DNA of 64,000 bases from Hydrolagus colliei (taxonomy: Eukaryota), in NCBI GenBank assembly GCA_035084275.1, contig CM068774.1, positions 558,001 to 622,000 on the forward strand, given 5' to 3'. Within the stretch, counting starts at the first letter, position 1. Every line of letters begins with the position of its first letter. The notes under the pieces were generated by a model that made no database searches, had not been told where the DNA came from, and was given only the letters and a program-made list of their open reading frames with translations. Both the position numbers and the translations under genes were made by a program. This document shows positions 12,101 to 24,382 of this stretch, piece by piece.

Positions 12101-12179
12101 ATGGCGTTGGATTCTCGATTGCTTCTCTCCCTTCTCACCGTCATATCCATATACACCGTGCGGAGCTTGGCAAATGGAG
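12101..12179 (+). CDS. Gene A leader exon
   Basis: MALDSRLLLSLLTVISIYTVRSLANG+G, 79 nt, donor GTAGGG. Confidence 0.85.
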
Positions 12180-12599
12180 GTAGGGAGAGAGAGAGTGAGT
12201 GTAAGAGAGTGTGTGAGAGAGATGGAAAGAGAGTGTGTGTGAGTAAGAGAAAGAGCGAGTGCGAGAGAGAGAGATAGAGACAGAGCAAGAGAGCGCGCGT
12301 GAGAGTGAGAAAGGGGGGGAGGGGGATTGGGGTGAGAGGAGAGACCGACAGTGTGGGGTGGGGGAGCAAGAACCAGCATCAACACGATACGGAGACTGAG
12401 AGAGAGAAAGAGAGAGAGACAGAAAAAGAGAGACAGTTGGAGAGAAAGAGAGAGAGATGGAGAAAGCGGAAAAAGTGAGAGTGCCACCATTTTGTCAGAG
12501 ACGTGATGTATGGCTTCCTCTTCATGACTGTGTCCTGTTCAGGGCAGACATTAAACACCACAACATTCCTCCACCCCACCCCACCCCCCGCCTCACCTC

Positions 12600-13350
12600 T
12601 CAGGCCACTGAAACCCTTACATTCACGTTGTCACCTCAAGGCTCAACTACGGAAACTCCCTCTTTGTCGGCCTCCCCAACCCCAACCCCCCTCCCTTCAC
12701 AAACTGCAGATCATCCAGAACTCTGTGGCCCGTGTCCTCTCCCTCACCAGCTCTGTGACCCCATCTCCCCCATCCTCACCCAACTCCATTGGTCCCCATC
12801 ACCTGAGGATTCAATTCAAGATCCTGGTCCTGACCTTTAAAGCCCTCCACGGCCTTGCCCCACCTTACCTCTGCAATCTCCTAAACCCTCACCAACCTCC
12901 CCGTCCCCTCCATTCAGTGGGCTCTGGCCTACTCCATGTCTCCCGTCCGACCATCCCTACCATTGGTGGACGGGTTTTCAGCCTCTCTGCCCCCACTGGA
13001 ACTCCATCCCACAGTCCCTTCACCTCGCTCCCTCTCTGACCTCCTTCAAGGCCGGTCTCAAGACCCTCCTTTTCGACCGTGCCTTCTACTGCCCTCCCAA
13101 CTCTCTCTCCCTCCCCTCCTAACTCTGCCTTCCCTCCAAACTCTCTCCCTCCCCTCCCAACTCTCTCTCTCCCCTCCCAACTCTCTCCCTGCCCTCCCTA
13201 CTACCCACCCCCCTACCCTAAACCCAACCCTCCCCCCCCTATCCTGCCCCCTACCCTCCCCCCTACTCTACCCTCCCACCTACCCTGCTCCTCTCCCTTG
13301 CTGTCGGTTCCTGAACTGACTGTTCAGCGCTCGTTCTATAAATTTTGTTT
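12600..13350 (+). mobile_element. Old L2 3' fragment in gene A intron 1
   Basis: [13 protein letters not shown]...[22 protein letters not shown]...GGRVFS and L2 tail. Confidence 0.8.
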
Positions 13351-13638
13351 TGTTGTTGTTATCTCTCAGACTGAGGCTGACACACACATATTTGTGTCTA
13401 TCTGTGTGTACGTGTGTATTTATCTCTCTTCCACTCTGTGTCTGTGTCTATCTCTGTGTCTTTCTGTCTGTTAGTTTCTCTAGGTCTCTCTCTATGCTAT
13501 TTCTCTCACACTCACTCTTTCTATCTCTATCCTGTCTCTCACACATTAACACTCTCTCTATATATATATCTTGTCTCTCGCTCACACTCTCTTTCTCTCT
13601 ATCCTGCCTCTCACACTCTCTCCTCTCTCTGTATCTAG

Positions 13639-13947
13639 GTAAACCTGTCGATGTGCCCGGTGTGTTGAACCATTCGATCTGGCTCCCATACCCTGAGAAA
13701 CTCTCTCTGAAGGAGATCAGCCGTATTGAGTGGATACACCAGGCCTCACTCAAGATAATAGTGGAATATCAGGATGGGAAGGCTGACTACTTTGGGAATG
13801 AGGAGATGACGAAACGTTTGGCTGTTCACACAAACCTGACTGTACAGATCAGTGACCTGCAGCTCACAGACACTGGGGTTTATGTGGTACAAACAGTGTT
13901 TAATGATAGGAAAAAACATCAAACCTTCTACAGTCTTACTGTTTATG
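13639..13947 (+). CDS. Gene A IgV exon
   Basis: Acceptor ATCTAG, donor GTAAGT, 309 nt, phase 1/1, open: KPVDVPGVLNHSIWLPYPE...[14 protein letters not shown]...YSLTVY. Confidence 0.9.
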
Positions 13948-14059
13948 GTAAGTTTTATCTCCTCGCTCGCTCACCCACCATCCCATCCCTCCCTGTTTAC
14001 CTAATTACGGAGAGTATTAGGTGCAAGATGGCTTGGGTGGGGTGAGGGACGGGTGGCGG

Positions 14060-14697
14060 GGAGCCCAGTGTGTGTGTTAGAGTTGGCCTCCCCATCTCCT
14101 CCCTTCATACGCTGCAGATCATTCAGAATTCCTCAGCTCGTGTTCTCTCCCGCACCAGGCTTCGCAACCACATCACTTCCCCCCTCGCCCGTCTCCCCTG
14201 GCTCCCCGTCACCCAGAGGATCCAATTCAAGATCCTCGTCCTCACTTTCAAGGCCATTCACGGCCTTGTCCCCGTCTGTCTCTCTGACCTACTGTCTCCC
14301 TATCAGCCTGTGCCCGTCCCCTCCGCTCAGCAGCCTCAGGCCTGCTCCACATCCACCGCCCTAACCCCCCAACCATCGGGGGCCGGGCTCTCAGCCTCTC
14401 TGCCCCCACACTGTGGGACTCCATCTCACAGCCCCTTCCCCCCCCTCGCTTCCTCCCTTTCCTCCTTCAAGGCCAGTCTCAACACCTTCCACTTCGACCG
14501 CATCCTTGGCTGCCCCACTGACTCTTCCTCCTCTCCCATTCTCCTACCCCTTCCACTACCTCAACCCTCCCCTCCCCTCCCCCCCCCTCCCCCCCACCCC
14601 CCCCCCGCTCGGGTCCCGACCTGACTGTTCAGCGCTTTAGGACGTCCTCCCGACATGAAAGGCGCTATATAAGTGCAATTTTGTTGTTGTTGTTGTA
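14060..14697 (+). mobile_element. L2 3' fragment
   Basis: [22 protein letters not shown]...RIQFKIL and (TTG)n tail; absent from the homologous gene D intron (2200-2400). Confidence 0.8.
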
Positions 14698-14929
14698 GGG
14701 TAACTGCTGTATTCTAACCAGCTAAACCCACACAATAGCTTGGCCATAGAGAGAGAGAGAGAGAGAGCGCTGTCTGCTTGTCCAGCGAGAAACACCCTCC
14801 CCATTAGTTGTGGAGAGGATGTTGTGGAGGAGAGTTAGTGTGCAGGATGGGTCGGAGCGGGAGGTGGACCAGAGGGGGAGGAGTTCAGAGGACTCCAGGG
14901 CAGCGGAGACGGATTGGGGAGAGATCTTC

Positions 14930-17060
14930 TTCCAGGGGTGGTAAAAGACTGTGTTTGGATTGGAAGCAATTGGGAGAGGGACAGAGGAGTTGAAAGAAAT
15001 GAAATGGTGGTCAGAGATAACCTCTATGAAACCCACCACCTGCTCCCTTGACCTCATCCCACCCCTCTCCTCTCCTCACCCCCAGCTCCACCTCCTCAAC
15101 CCCTACTCTCCAACTCCATCAATTTCTCCCTTTCATCCGGTACCATTCCCCTCCCCCCAAGTTAGAAGTAATATCTTCACCATCTGTGACCAGGGCTCCT
15201 TCTGTCTCCTTGTCTCCTCGACCTATCCACCACCTTTGACACCATGGACCACACAATCCTCCTCCGCCGCCTCACCTCCCACCTCAACCTTCAAGGTTCT
15301 GTCCTTGACTGGTTCCAGTCCTACCTTACACACCGCCTTCACCTTGTCTCTGTCAACCATTTCTCTTCCATCACCCACACCACCTTATGTTCCATCCCCT
15401 GTCTCTCTTTCCTCCCTCTCACGCACTCTCACCTCTATGAGGCCAACAAACTGCTGCCTCGATCCCATCCGCACTAACCTACTGCTCACCCAGCTCCCCC
15501 TCCTCTGCCCACTGTTGGCTGATATCATCAACCAGTCTCTCTCCTCCGGATCAGTCCCTGCCCCCCTCAAAACTGCCGTCATCACCCCCCTCCTTAAAAA
15601 ACCCTCCCTAGATCCCTCAAACCACAGCCGCTACCCCCCCTGTCTCAAACCTGCCTTTCCTCTCAAATGCACTGGAATGCGTTGTCGCAAACCAACTCCG
15701 CGCTCACCTCTCCTCCCACTCCCTCTTCGAACCCCTCCAGTCCGGTGTCCGCTCTGCCCACAGTACACAGACAGCACTTGCGAAAGTCACAAACGATGTC
15801 CTCTCTATCTGTGACCAGGGCTCCCTCTGCCTCCTCATCCTCCTGGACCTGTTGGCTCCTTTGACACCATCGACCACCCCATCCTCCTCCACCCCCTGTC
15901 CTCTGCCATCCACCTCAGTGGGACCGCACTCGCCTGGTTCGAGTCCCTACCTCACAAACCGTCAGCAGCACATCTCCACAAACAGCTTTTCCTCCCGATC
16001 TCACCCAGTTACCTGCGGGGAACCCCAGGGATCTATCCTTGGCCCCTCCTCTTCCTCATCTACACTCTTCCTCTTGGGGATGTGATCCGCAGACATGGGG
16101 CACACTTCCACATGTACGCGGATGACACCCAACTCTATTTCTCCTCTTCACTTTGTGACCCCCAGTCCCCTGATGTTCTGTCAGCCTGTCAGACATCAGG
16201 GGCTGGATGAGCACAAATTTCTTGCAGCTGAATGTTGACAAGACGGAGGCCATACTCCTTGGCTCTTGTCAACGTCTCCATTCACACGGCTCTCACCTCC
16301 TCCACCTTCCCGGCCTGGCCCCTAAACCTCACCGAATCTGTGCGCAACCTTGGCATCAGGATTGACCCCAACTGTCCTTCCTCCCCCACATCCGGTCCCT
16401 CACCAGCACTGCCTTCTATCACCTCCGACGGATCGCTCGTCTCCGGCAATACCTCACCTTAAAAGCCGCCAAAACCTTGGTCCACGCCTTTGTCACCTCT
16501 CGGCTGGACTATTGCAACGCCCTCCTCGCCGGTCTCCCTGCCACCACAATCCACAACATCCAGCTAATCCAGAACTCTGCCACCCACTTACTCACCCGCT
16601 CAAAGCTTCGCTCCCCCATCACCCCAATCCTTGCCAGACTTCCCTGGCTCCCTATCCCAGAGAGGATCGACTTCAAGATCCTCACCCTTGTTTTCAAATC
16701 CCTCCAGTCCTCTGCACCCCCCCTATCTCTCTGATCTCCTCTCCCCACAACCCAACTCCCGCTGCCTTCGTTCCTCTGGGTCTGGCCTCCTCCATGTCCC
16801 CCAAATCCTCCGCTCCACCCTCGGCGGCCGTGCCTTTAGCCACTACGCCCCGAGGCTCTGGAACTCCCTTCCTCACTCGCTTCGCCTCGCCCCCCTCTCC
16901 TCCCAGTTTCAGGTCACAGTTGAAGTCCTTTCTCTTCGACCGAGCTTTTGGTCACCTTCCTGCCCTCTGCTCCTGGCTCAGTCCCGGGACCCGCTACTGT
17001 GAAGCGCTCTGAGACGCCTTTTGGCGTGGAGGGTGCTATATAAATCGAAGTTGTTGTTGT
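14930..17060 (+). mobile_element. Degenerate L2 ORF2 fragments
   Basis: Remnants [53 protein letters not shown], ending in L2 tail. Confidence 0.75.
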
Positions 17061-17079
17061 ATCCCCCAGGGTTCTATCC

Positions 17080-17620
17080 TCAGTCCCCAGTCATCACAAA
17101 TCAGGCGCTGGCAGCATCAACCCTCCATGGTTGCTCATTGGACCTCACCAATCCAGTCAGGAACCTACGTGTCTTGTTTGACCTAACTAGGCAGAGGGAA
17201 GCCTGGTGACAGAAGGTCAAGATTTCAATTGTGACCTTGACCAGAGCAGTTGCCATGCTGTGAGCAGCGAGGAAACCTGATTGAAGGGGCTCATGGAGGG
17301 AGTGGGAGGAGAGGTAGAGAGCGAAGCTGGGAATCAACAATTCTTACAAGGACCTTGGACAAAAAACTTAGATTGGAGATGGGTAGGTAATTGGAGAAAA
17401 GTGATGTGTCCAGGGAAGGTTTGTTGAGGATGAGGGTTATTGTGGCTGTTTTGAGGGTGGGGGCAAAATGGTTCCGGATGAAAGAGAGAAATTGATGGTG
17501 TTAGAGAGTAGGGGTTGAGGAGATGGAGCTGCGGGTGAGGAGAGGAGAGGAGTGGGGTGGGGTCAAGGGAGCAGGTGCTGGGCTTCATGAAGGTTATGGT
17601 GGTGATGGCAGAGTAGGGGG
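17080..17620 (-). mobile_element. Degenerate L2 fragment
   Basis: MKPSTCSLDP and LHEPLQSGF..HS..TALVKVT remnants on the minus strand. Confidence 0.6.
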
Positions 17621-17760
17621 AGACAGGTTTGAACCTGTGGAAGGAGGAATGGGGAGGGGGTAGCAGTATAGATATAGATCCACTGTCTCTTTTAGTCTAT
17701 TTGTGTCTCTCCCTCTTCCCCTCCCTAACACACTCTCTCCCCCCTCTCTCTCTTTAACAG

Positions 17761-18043
17761 AGCGAGTGACTGGAGTTGAAATCACCTCCTCTCTCACTAA
17801 AGGCCAGTGCAATGGGACTCTGACGTGTGATGTGAAGTCTGGTAAACCAGTTATCTTTGTGTGGGAGAGAGATGGGGTTCGTTTGCCCATTTCCCAGCCC
17901 AGTGACAACCGCTACGCTCTCTGTCACTCTCTCCCCCAAACGACAGTAACACTGTGTTCACGTGTAAAGCTGGGAACCCAGTGAGTGAGGATTTTAAAGA
18001 GATTTCCTTCCAGGACAGAGAATTCTGTGTCAAGTCTCCTATG
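17761..18043 (+). pseudogene. Gene A IgC2 exon with three single-base indels
   Basis: First 147 nt identical to the gene B and C C2 exons; +1 at gacaacc, +1 at cccccaaac, probable -1 at cctatg; 283 nt; as written the frame stops at TGA 17982-17984. Confidence 0.8.
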
Positions 18044-18399
18044 GTGAGTGTGTCAGAGAGAAAGAAGAGTGTGAGAGAGACAAGTGTGTCACAGAAAGAG
18101 TGTCAAAGAAAGTGTGAGAGTGTCAGTATGTGGGAGAGACTGAGAGTATAAGAGGGTAAGAGAGAGACCGGCAGTGTGTGTTTGAGGATGTATAATGTGT
18201 GTCTAAGTGTGTGCATATTTGTGAGTGTGTAAGTGTGTCTAAGTGTGTGTCTATGTCCATAAGAAAGGCAATGAGAGAGAGAGAGAGACTGTGTGTTTAT
18301 GTCGGTATTAGAAACAATAATAAATTGGTCATTTCAAACCCACGACTGTTCGTGAGGACGCAGCTGTGCGTATGGCTGAGCGGAGGGGGTGAGCAGGTT

Positions 18400-19850
18400 G
18401 GGAAGGGGTAAGTAGGTCACAGAGGTAGGATGGGGTGAGGCCATGGAGGGCTTCGAATGTGAGGACCAGGATCTTGAATTTGGATCCTTTGGATGATGGG
18501 GAGCCAATGGAGTCGGGCGAGGATGGGGGAGATGGGGGTCACGGAATTTGGAACGGTAGAGGACATGGACCACAGAGTTCTGGATTATCTGCAGCCTGTG
18601 TAGGGAGGAATTGGGAAGGTCGACAAGTAAGGCATTGGCGTAGTCGAACTGGGTTGTGATGTATTTGTGAATGAGGGTTACAGCGGCTTTTGGGGTAATG
18701 GCGGAATCGGGCAATGTTGTGGAGGGGAAGGAAGATAGGGCAGGTCATGGCTTGGATGTGGAGGAGGAAAGACAGTTGAGGATCGAACAAGACATCTAGG
18801 TGAGGTTGGTGAGGTTGAGTGTGCAAACTAGGATACGTCGATATGGAAATTTTCCGATTTAGACATATCGATGGGCTCATATCGAGATATACCCAAATAT
18901 CGATATTTTCGGGTTTTTTCGTACTGCACATGCGCGCGCTGCACACGCATTCGGGGCCTATCTCCTCAGGAGGTAAATATCTCTCTCTCTCTGTGTCTCT
19001 CACTCTCTCCATCTCTGAGTTTTTCTGTCTGTGTCTCTCTTACATTCCCCCATCTCTATCTATTTGTATATGTATCACATCCACCATCTCTCCCTCCACC
19101 CCGCCCCCCCCCTCCACCCCCCCCCGCCGTCCCTCTCCCCCCCCCCCCCACACCCCCCAGCTGTCTCTTTCCCCCTCCCACCCCCAGCCGTCTCTCTCCC
19201 CCTCCCTCCCCCAGCTGTCTCTCTCCCCCTCCCCCCCCCACAGCCGTCTCTCTCACCCCTCCCCCCCCCCAGCCATCTCTCTCCCCCCCCCCCCCCCCAG
19301 CCGTCTCTCTCCCCCTCATTCCCCACCAGCCATCTCTCCCCCTTCCACCCCTTGCATACCTGTATATTGTATTCGAGGACTATGAATACAATATGGCGGC
19401 TTTGCACCTCGGTCTGTGCATTGTGTATAGAGATGAGCATTCTGGGTCTTGTAGTTCAGTGTGTGCGGCATTCCGATTTTGTACCTCGATATATCGATTT
19501 TTCGACATATCGATATTTTTGAAAGTCTATATCGGCGTATCGATATGATAATTATATCGGGTTTTAGCGATATATCGCTGGACCCTAGTGCAAACATGGC
19601 GGTTGATGCAGCCAGCGCCTGATGTGTGAAGGCTCTGGTGTGAGCCAATCAGTAGGTCCTCGTCTTGTTGACATTCAACTGTAGAAAGTCCGCTCTCGTC
19701 CAGGACTTGATGTCTGACAGACAGTCTGTCAGGACAGTGGTAGTCCTGGAGTCGAGGGTAGAGGCAGAGAGATAGAGTTGGGTGTCATCTGCACACATGT
19801 GGAAGTTCACCCCATGTTTGCGGATGATGTCATCAAGTGGGAGCATGTAG
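18400..19850 (-). mobile_element. Old L2 fragment split by a hAT MITE
   Basis: LQIIQNSVVHVL and [16 protein letters not shown] remnants; homologous uninterrupted copy at 40000-40780 in gene B. Confidence 0.7.
18829..19587. mobile_element. Non-autonomous hAT element (MITE)
   Basis: TAGG...CCTA termini, many subterminal CGATAT/ATATCG motifs, perfect 8-bp TSD GTGCAAAC (18821-18828, 19588-19595). Confidence 0.85.
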
Positions 19851-20073
19851 AAAGAGAGAGTGTGAGAGATGAGAGAGACTCAGAGGTACTGAAAGAGATG
19901 GAAAGAGAGACAGAAATAGAATGAGAGCGGGAGTGTGTGTCTAAATGTGTCTACGTGTACATGAGAGAGTGAGATGGAGAGAGACAGAGAGACCATGTAT
20001 TTATATCTGCGTTTGTGTGTGTATCACACACACATCTTTCTATTCGACCGCACCTACACTCACCTTCCCCCCA

Positions 20074-20273
20074 NNNNNNNNNNNNNNNNNNNNNNNNNNN
20101 NNNNNNNNNNNNNNNNNNNNNNNNNNNNNNNNNNNNNNNNNNNNNNNNNNNNNNNNNNNNNNNNNNNNNNNNNNNNNNNNNNNNNNNNNNNNNNNNNNNN
20201 NNNNNNNNNNNNNNNNNNNNNNNNNNNNNNNNNNNNNNNNNNNNNNNNNNNNNNNNNNNNNNNNNNNNNNNNN
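20074..20273. other. Assembly gap (200 N), expected position of gene A TM exon
   Basis: Flanks are homologous to gene B sequence upstream (40770-40920) and downstream (43760-43953) of its TM exon. Confidence 0.9.
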
Positions 20274-20379
20274 TGCCCACAAGCATGCTACCACAGTGTG
20301 CTACCAGTGGTCACGAGAAGGTGCTATAACCGATACATCTACATATAAGGGCATAGTGATAGAGAGGACATGAATTTCA

Positions 20380-20920
20380 CAAGCGCAGTCTCTGTACTGT
20401 GGGCAGGGCGGAAACCGGACTGGAGAGGTTCGAAGTGAGAGGAGAGGTGGGCCCGGAGATGGTTGGCAATAACACGTTCCAGTGCTTTTGACAGGAAGGG
20501 CAGGTTAGAGATAGAGGGGTTAGGTAGCTGGGGTTTGAGGGATCTGGTGAGGGTTTTTTGAGGAAGGGGTGATGGCAGCAGTTTTGAGGGGGGCAGGGAC
20601 TGATCCCGTGGAGAGGGATTGGTTGATGATGTCAGCCAGCAGTGGGCAGAGGAGGGGAAGCTGGGGGAGCAGTAGGTTGGTGGGGAGGGGGTCGAGGCAG
20701 CAGGTGGTTGGCTTCATGGAGGTGAGAGTGCGTGAGATGGAGGAACGAGAGACCGGGGAGAAGGAGAGTAGGAAGGGGGTCGAGGTAGGAGCTGATGACG
20801 GGGAGGGTGAGGGGGATGGAGTGTGGGTGCTAATGGGTGACGAGAGGCAGGAGGATGATGCTGGCTGGCGGATATTGTGGATTTTGGAGAAGAAGTCCAT
20901 GACCTCCTCACACTGGAGGG
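20380..20920 (-). mobile_element. L2 ORF2 fragment
   Basis: MKPTTCCLDPLPTNLL...GSVPAPLKTAAIT and FEPLQSGF remnants. Confidence 0.7.
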
Positions 20921-21109
20921 AGCTTTACTGTGTCTCTAACTCTGACCTGGGTGTGTGCTTGGATGGACGCACAGTGTAGAGGGAGCTTTACTGTGTCTCT
21001 CAGTCTCATTCAGTTTCAGTCTCTCTCAAACCTGCCTGATCACAGTGACGGGTTTCCGTATGTGTCAGACACTGGCTGATCTCTCTCTCTCTCTCTCTCT
21101 CTCTTAAAG

Positions 21110-21189
21110 AAACGTCTCCAAAACTGGAACCTATCTGCCCGGAAACAAAGGATGGAGTGAGTGAGGAGGACTTGCCCCAAGCCAAACAG
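21110..21189 (+). CDS. Gene A cytoplasmic exon 1 (ITSM lost)
   Basis: Acceptor (CT)nTAAAG, donor GTAAAC, phase 1/0, (E)TSPKLEPICPETKDGVSEEDLPQAKQ; 21 nt longer than the gene B exon. Confidence 0.8.
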
Positions 21190-24100
21190 GTAAACAGAGA
21201 TGGATAGAGACTTGTGGGGAGTCAGCGGATGGAGTGAGTGTGAGAGGGAGATGGATAAAGAATTGTGAGGAGTCAGAAGATGATGGAGTGAGTGTGAGAA
21301 GGAGATAGATACAGACTTGGGGCGGTCAGGGAATGGAGTGAGTGTGAGTAGGAAATGGGTAGAGACTTGGGGCGGTTAGGGGATGGAATGAGTGCGAGAG
21401 GGTGATGGATAGATATTTGGGGGGTATGAATAAATGGATTCATTGTGAGAGGGAGGGTGTTAGAGACTTGAGGGTTGTCTCAATGGAGTGAGTGTGAGAG
21501 GGAGATGGACAGCGGCTTGGTGGGGTCAGTGGATGTAGTGAGTGTGAGTGTGTGAGCGAGATGGATAAGACTTGGGGGATTTGGATAGAGGCTTGGGGGG
21601 CATCAGGGGATGGAGATGCTGGACTTCCTCGAGTCCAAAATAGAAGGAATCCGCTCTGCGGTTTCCCCCCCCCACCACTCCTCCACCTCCGCGCCCTCAT
21701 CAGTTACCTCTACCCTACTCACCCCGCATTTCACACTTTCAACCCCACCACCCCGTTTTAAGTCACAAAAATAATTACCTCCATGAAACCCACCATGTGC
21801 TCATTGGACCCCATCCCCACCCTCATCCTCCGCACCCAGCTCCATTTTTTGGCCCCGTTCATTTCTGACACCATTAACCTTTCCCTCTCCTCAGGCACCG
21901 TCCCTACCTCCCTTAAAACTGCCACCAACAGGATAGGGGTTTCTTCAGGATAGGGGTTATCCTGAAGAAACCCTCCCTTGATGCGTTGCAACCATCAAGC
22001 TATCGACCCATCTCCAACCTCCCGTTTTTATCCAAGGTCCTTGAAAGAGTGGTTGCCTCCCAGCTCCGCTCTTTCCTTTCAACTCACTCACTCTTTGAAC
22101 CCCTCCAATCAGGTTTCTGCCCAATTCACAGCACAGAAACTGCCCTGGTTAAGGTTACAAACAACATCCTAACCGCGTGCGACCAGGGCTCCCTCTGCCT
22201 CCTCGTCCTCCTTCACCTGTCTGCTGCGTTCAACACAGTCGATCACACCATCCTCCTCCAACGTCTTTCCTCCCACCTCAACCTTCAAGGCACAGTCCTT
22301 GACTGCTTCCATTCCTACCTGACCCACCGCCTACATTTTGTGTCTTCCAACGGTTTCTCCTCAAACCCCCGCACAGTTTCTCACGGCATCCCCCAGGGCT
22401 CTGTCCTTGGCCCCCTCCTTTTCACCATTTACACGCTCCCTCTGGGCGATGTCATCCGCAAACATGGGGTGAATTTCCACATGTATGCGGACAACACCCA
22501 GCTGTACCTTTCTGCCTCATCCCTCAACCCCCAGACCATCAATGTTCTGACAGCATGTCTGTCCGACATCGAGTCGTGGACGAGGGACAACTTCCTGCAA
22601 TTGAACGTGAGTAAGACCGAGGCCCTCCTGATTGGCTCAAGCCAGCGCCTCCGCACATCGGGCGCTGCCAGCCTCAACATCCAAGGCTGTACTCTCCACC
22701 TCACAAAGCCAATCAGGAACCTCGGCATCACGTTCGACCATAAACTCTCCTTCCTCCCCCACATCCGTGCCTTGACCGGCACCGCTTATTTCCACCTGCG
22801 CAACATTGCCAGATCCGCAACTATCTTACCCCCCGCGCTGCCAAAACACTCGTGCACGCGTACATCACCTCAAGGCTGGACTACGGAAACTCTCTCCTCG
22901 TCGGCCTCCCCAGTTCCTCCATTCACAGGCTGCAGGCCATCCCAAACTCTGCAGCCCGTGTACTATCCCGCACCCGCCTCCGCGACCACATAACCCCCAC
23001 CCTCGCCCGTCTCCACTGGCTCCCCATCCTCCAGAGGATCGAGTTCAAGATCCTCGTCCTCACCTACAAGGCCTTACACGGCCTTGCCCCGCCCTATTTA
23101 ACCGATCTACTCTCCCCCTACACGCCCACCCGGACCCTCCGTTCAACAGGACTTGGCCTGCTCCAAGCCCCCGCCCGAACTGCCCCACCATCAGAGGCCG
23201 GGCCTTCAGTGTCTCCGCTCCCACCCTATGGAATTCCATCCCTCAATCCCTCCGTCTCGTTTCTTCCCTTTCCTCTTTCAAGGCCGGTTTGAAGACTTTC
23301 CTCTTCGACCGTGCCTTTTGTTCCACCCCGAATTTTTCGACCTCCCCTTCGTGTCTCACCCCTTCCCGAACACTCCCTCTCAGCTCGGGTCACAAGCCTC
23401 CTGTGCAGCGCCTTGGGACGTCCTCCCGACGTGAAAGACGCTTTATAAGTGTAATTTGTTGTTAATTTGTTGTTGTTGTGTGAGAGGGATATGGATAGAG
23501 ATTTGGGGGAGGCAGGAGATGAAGCAAATATGAGAGAGAGATGGATAGAGACTTGTTTGAGGGGGTGTTCAGAGGATGGAGTGAGTGTGAGAGGGAGATG
23601 GATAGAGACTTTTGGTTATCAGAGGATGGAGTGAGTGTGAGAGGGAGGGGCACGAGCGTAGGCGGTGTCAGGGGATGGAGTGAGTATGAGAGGGAGATGG
23701 ATGGAGACTTGCGGAGTGTCAGGGAAAGGAGTGATTGTGAGAGAGAGATGGATATAGACTTTGAAGGGGTCAGTGGATGGAGTGAGTGTAAGGGGGAGAT
23801 AGATAGAGACTTGGGGGAAGTCAGGTGATGGAGTGAGTGTGAGAGGGAGATGGAGAGAGACGTGGGGGGTGGGGTCAATGGATGGAGTGAGTGTAAGTGG
23901 GTGATGGATAGAGACTTAGGGGGAGTGAATGTATGGAGTGAGTATGAAAGGAATATGGATAGAAATGGGTGGGTTGGGGGTCTCTGGGAATGGAGTGAAT
24001 GTGAGTGGGAGTTGAAATAGAGACTTGGTTGGAGGGGTCAGGGGATGGAGTGAGTGTGAGAGGGAGTTGGATAGAGGTTTGTGGGGAGGCAGGGGATGGA

Positions 24101-24330
24101 GTGAGTGTACGAGGGGAATGGATAGAAACTTGGGGTGGTCAGAGGATGGAATGTGTGTGAGATGGAGATGGTTAGAGACTTGGGCGTTATCAGCGGATCG
24201 ATTCATTGTGAGAGGGAGGGGGCTGGGGACTTGAGGTTTGTTGGATTGGAGTGAATGGGAGAGGGAGATGGATAGAGACTTGGGGAGAATCGGGGGATGT
24301 AGTGGGTGTGAGAGGGAGATGGATAACGAG
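21190..24330 (+). repeat. Minisatellite array in gene A last intron, split by an L2 insertion
   Basis: Same ~48-bp unit at 21190-21600 and 23475-24330. Confidence 0.85.
21620..23470 (+). mobile_element. Young L2 LINE, 5'-truncated
   Basis: 335-aa open stretch [12 protein letters not shown]...GIPQGSVLGP...YADNTQLY...[10 protein letters not shown] and tail with (TTG)n. Confidence 0.92.
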
Positions 24331-24382
24331 TTGTTTTGTTGAAAACACTCTATAATCTCTCTTTTATTCCTTTTACCCTCAG

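Noticed and set aside
12065-12165. Antisense exon-like reading with TVYMDM (YxxM-like), also at 8150, 28750 and 48860
   Set aside because: These are the reverse strands of the signal-peptide exons; apparent exon lengths are not conserved modulo 3.
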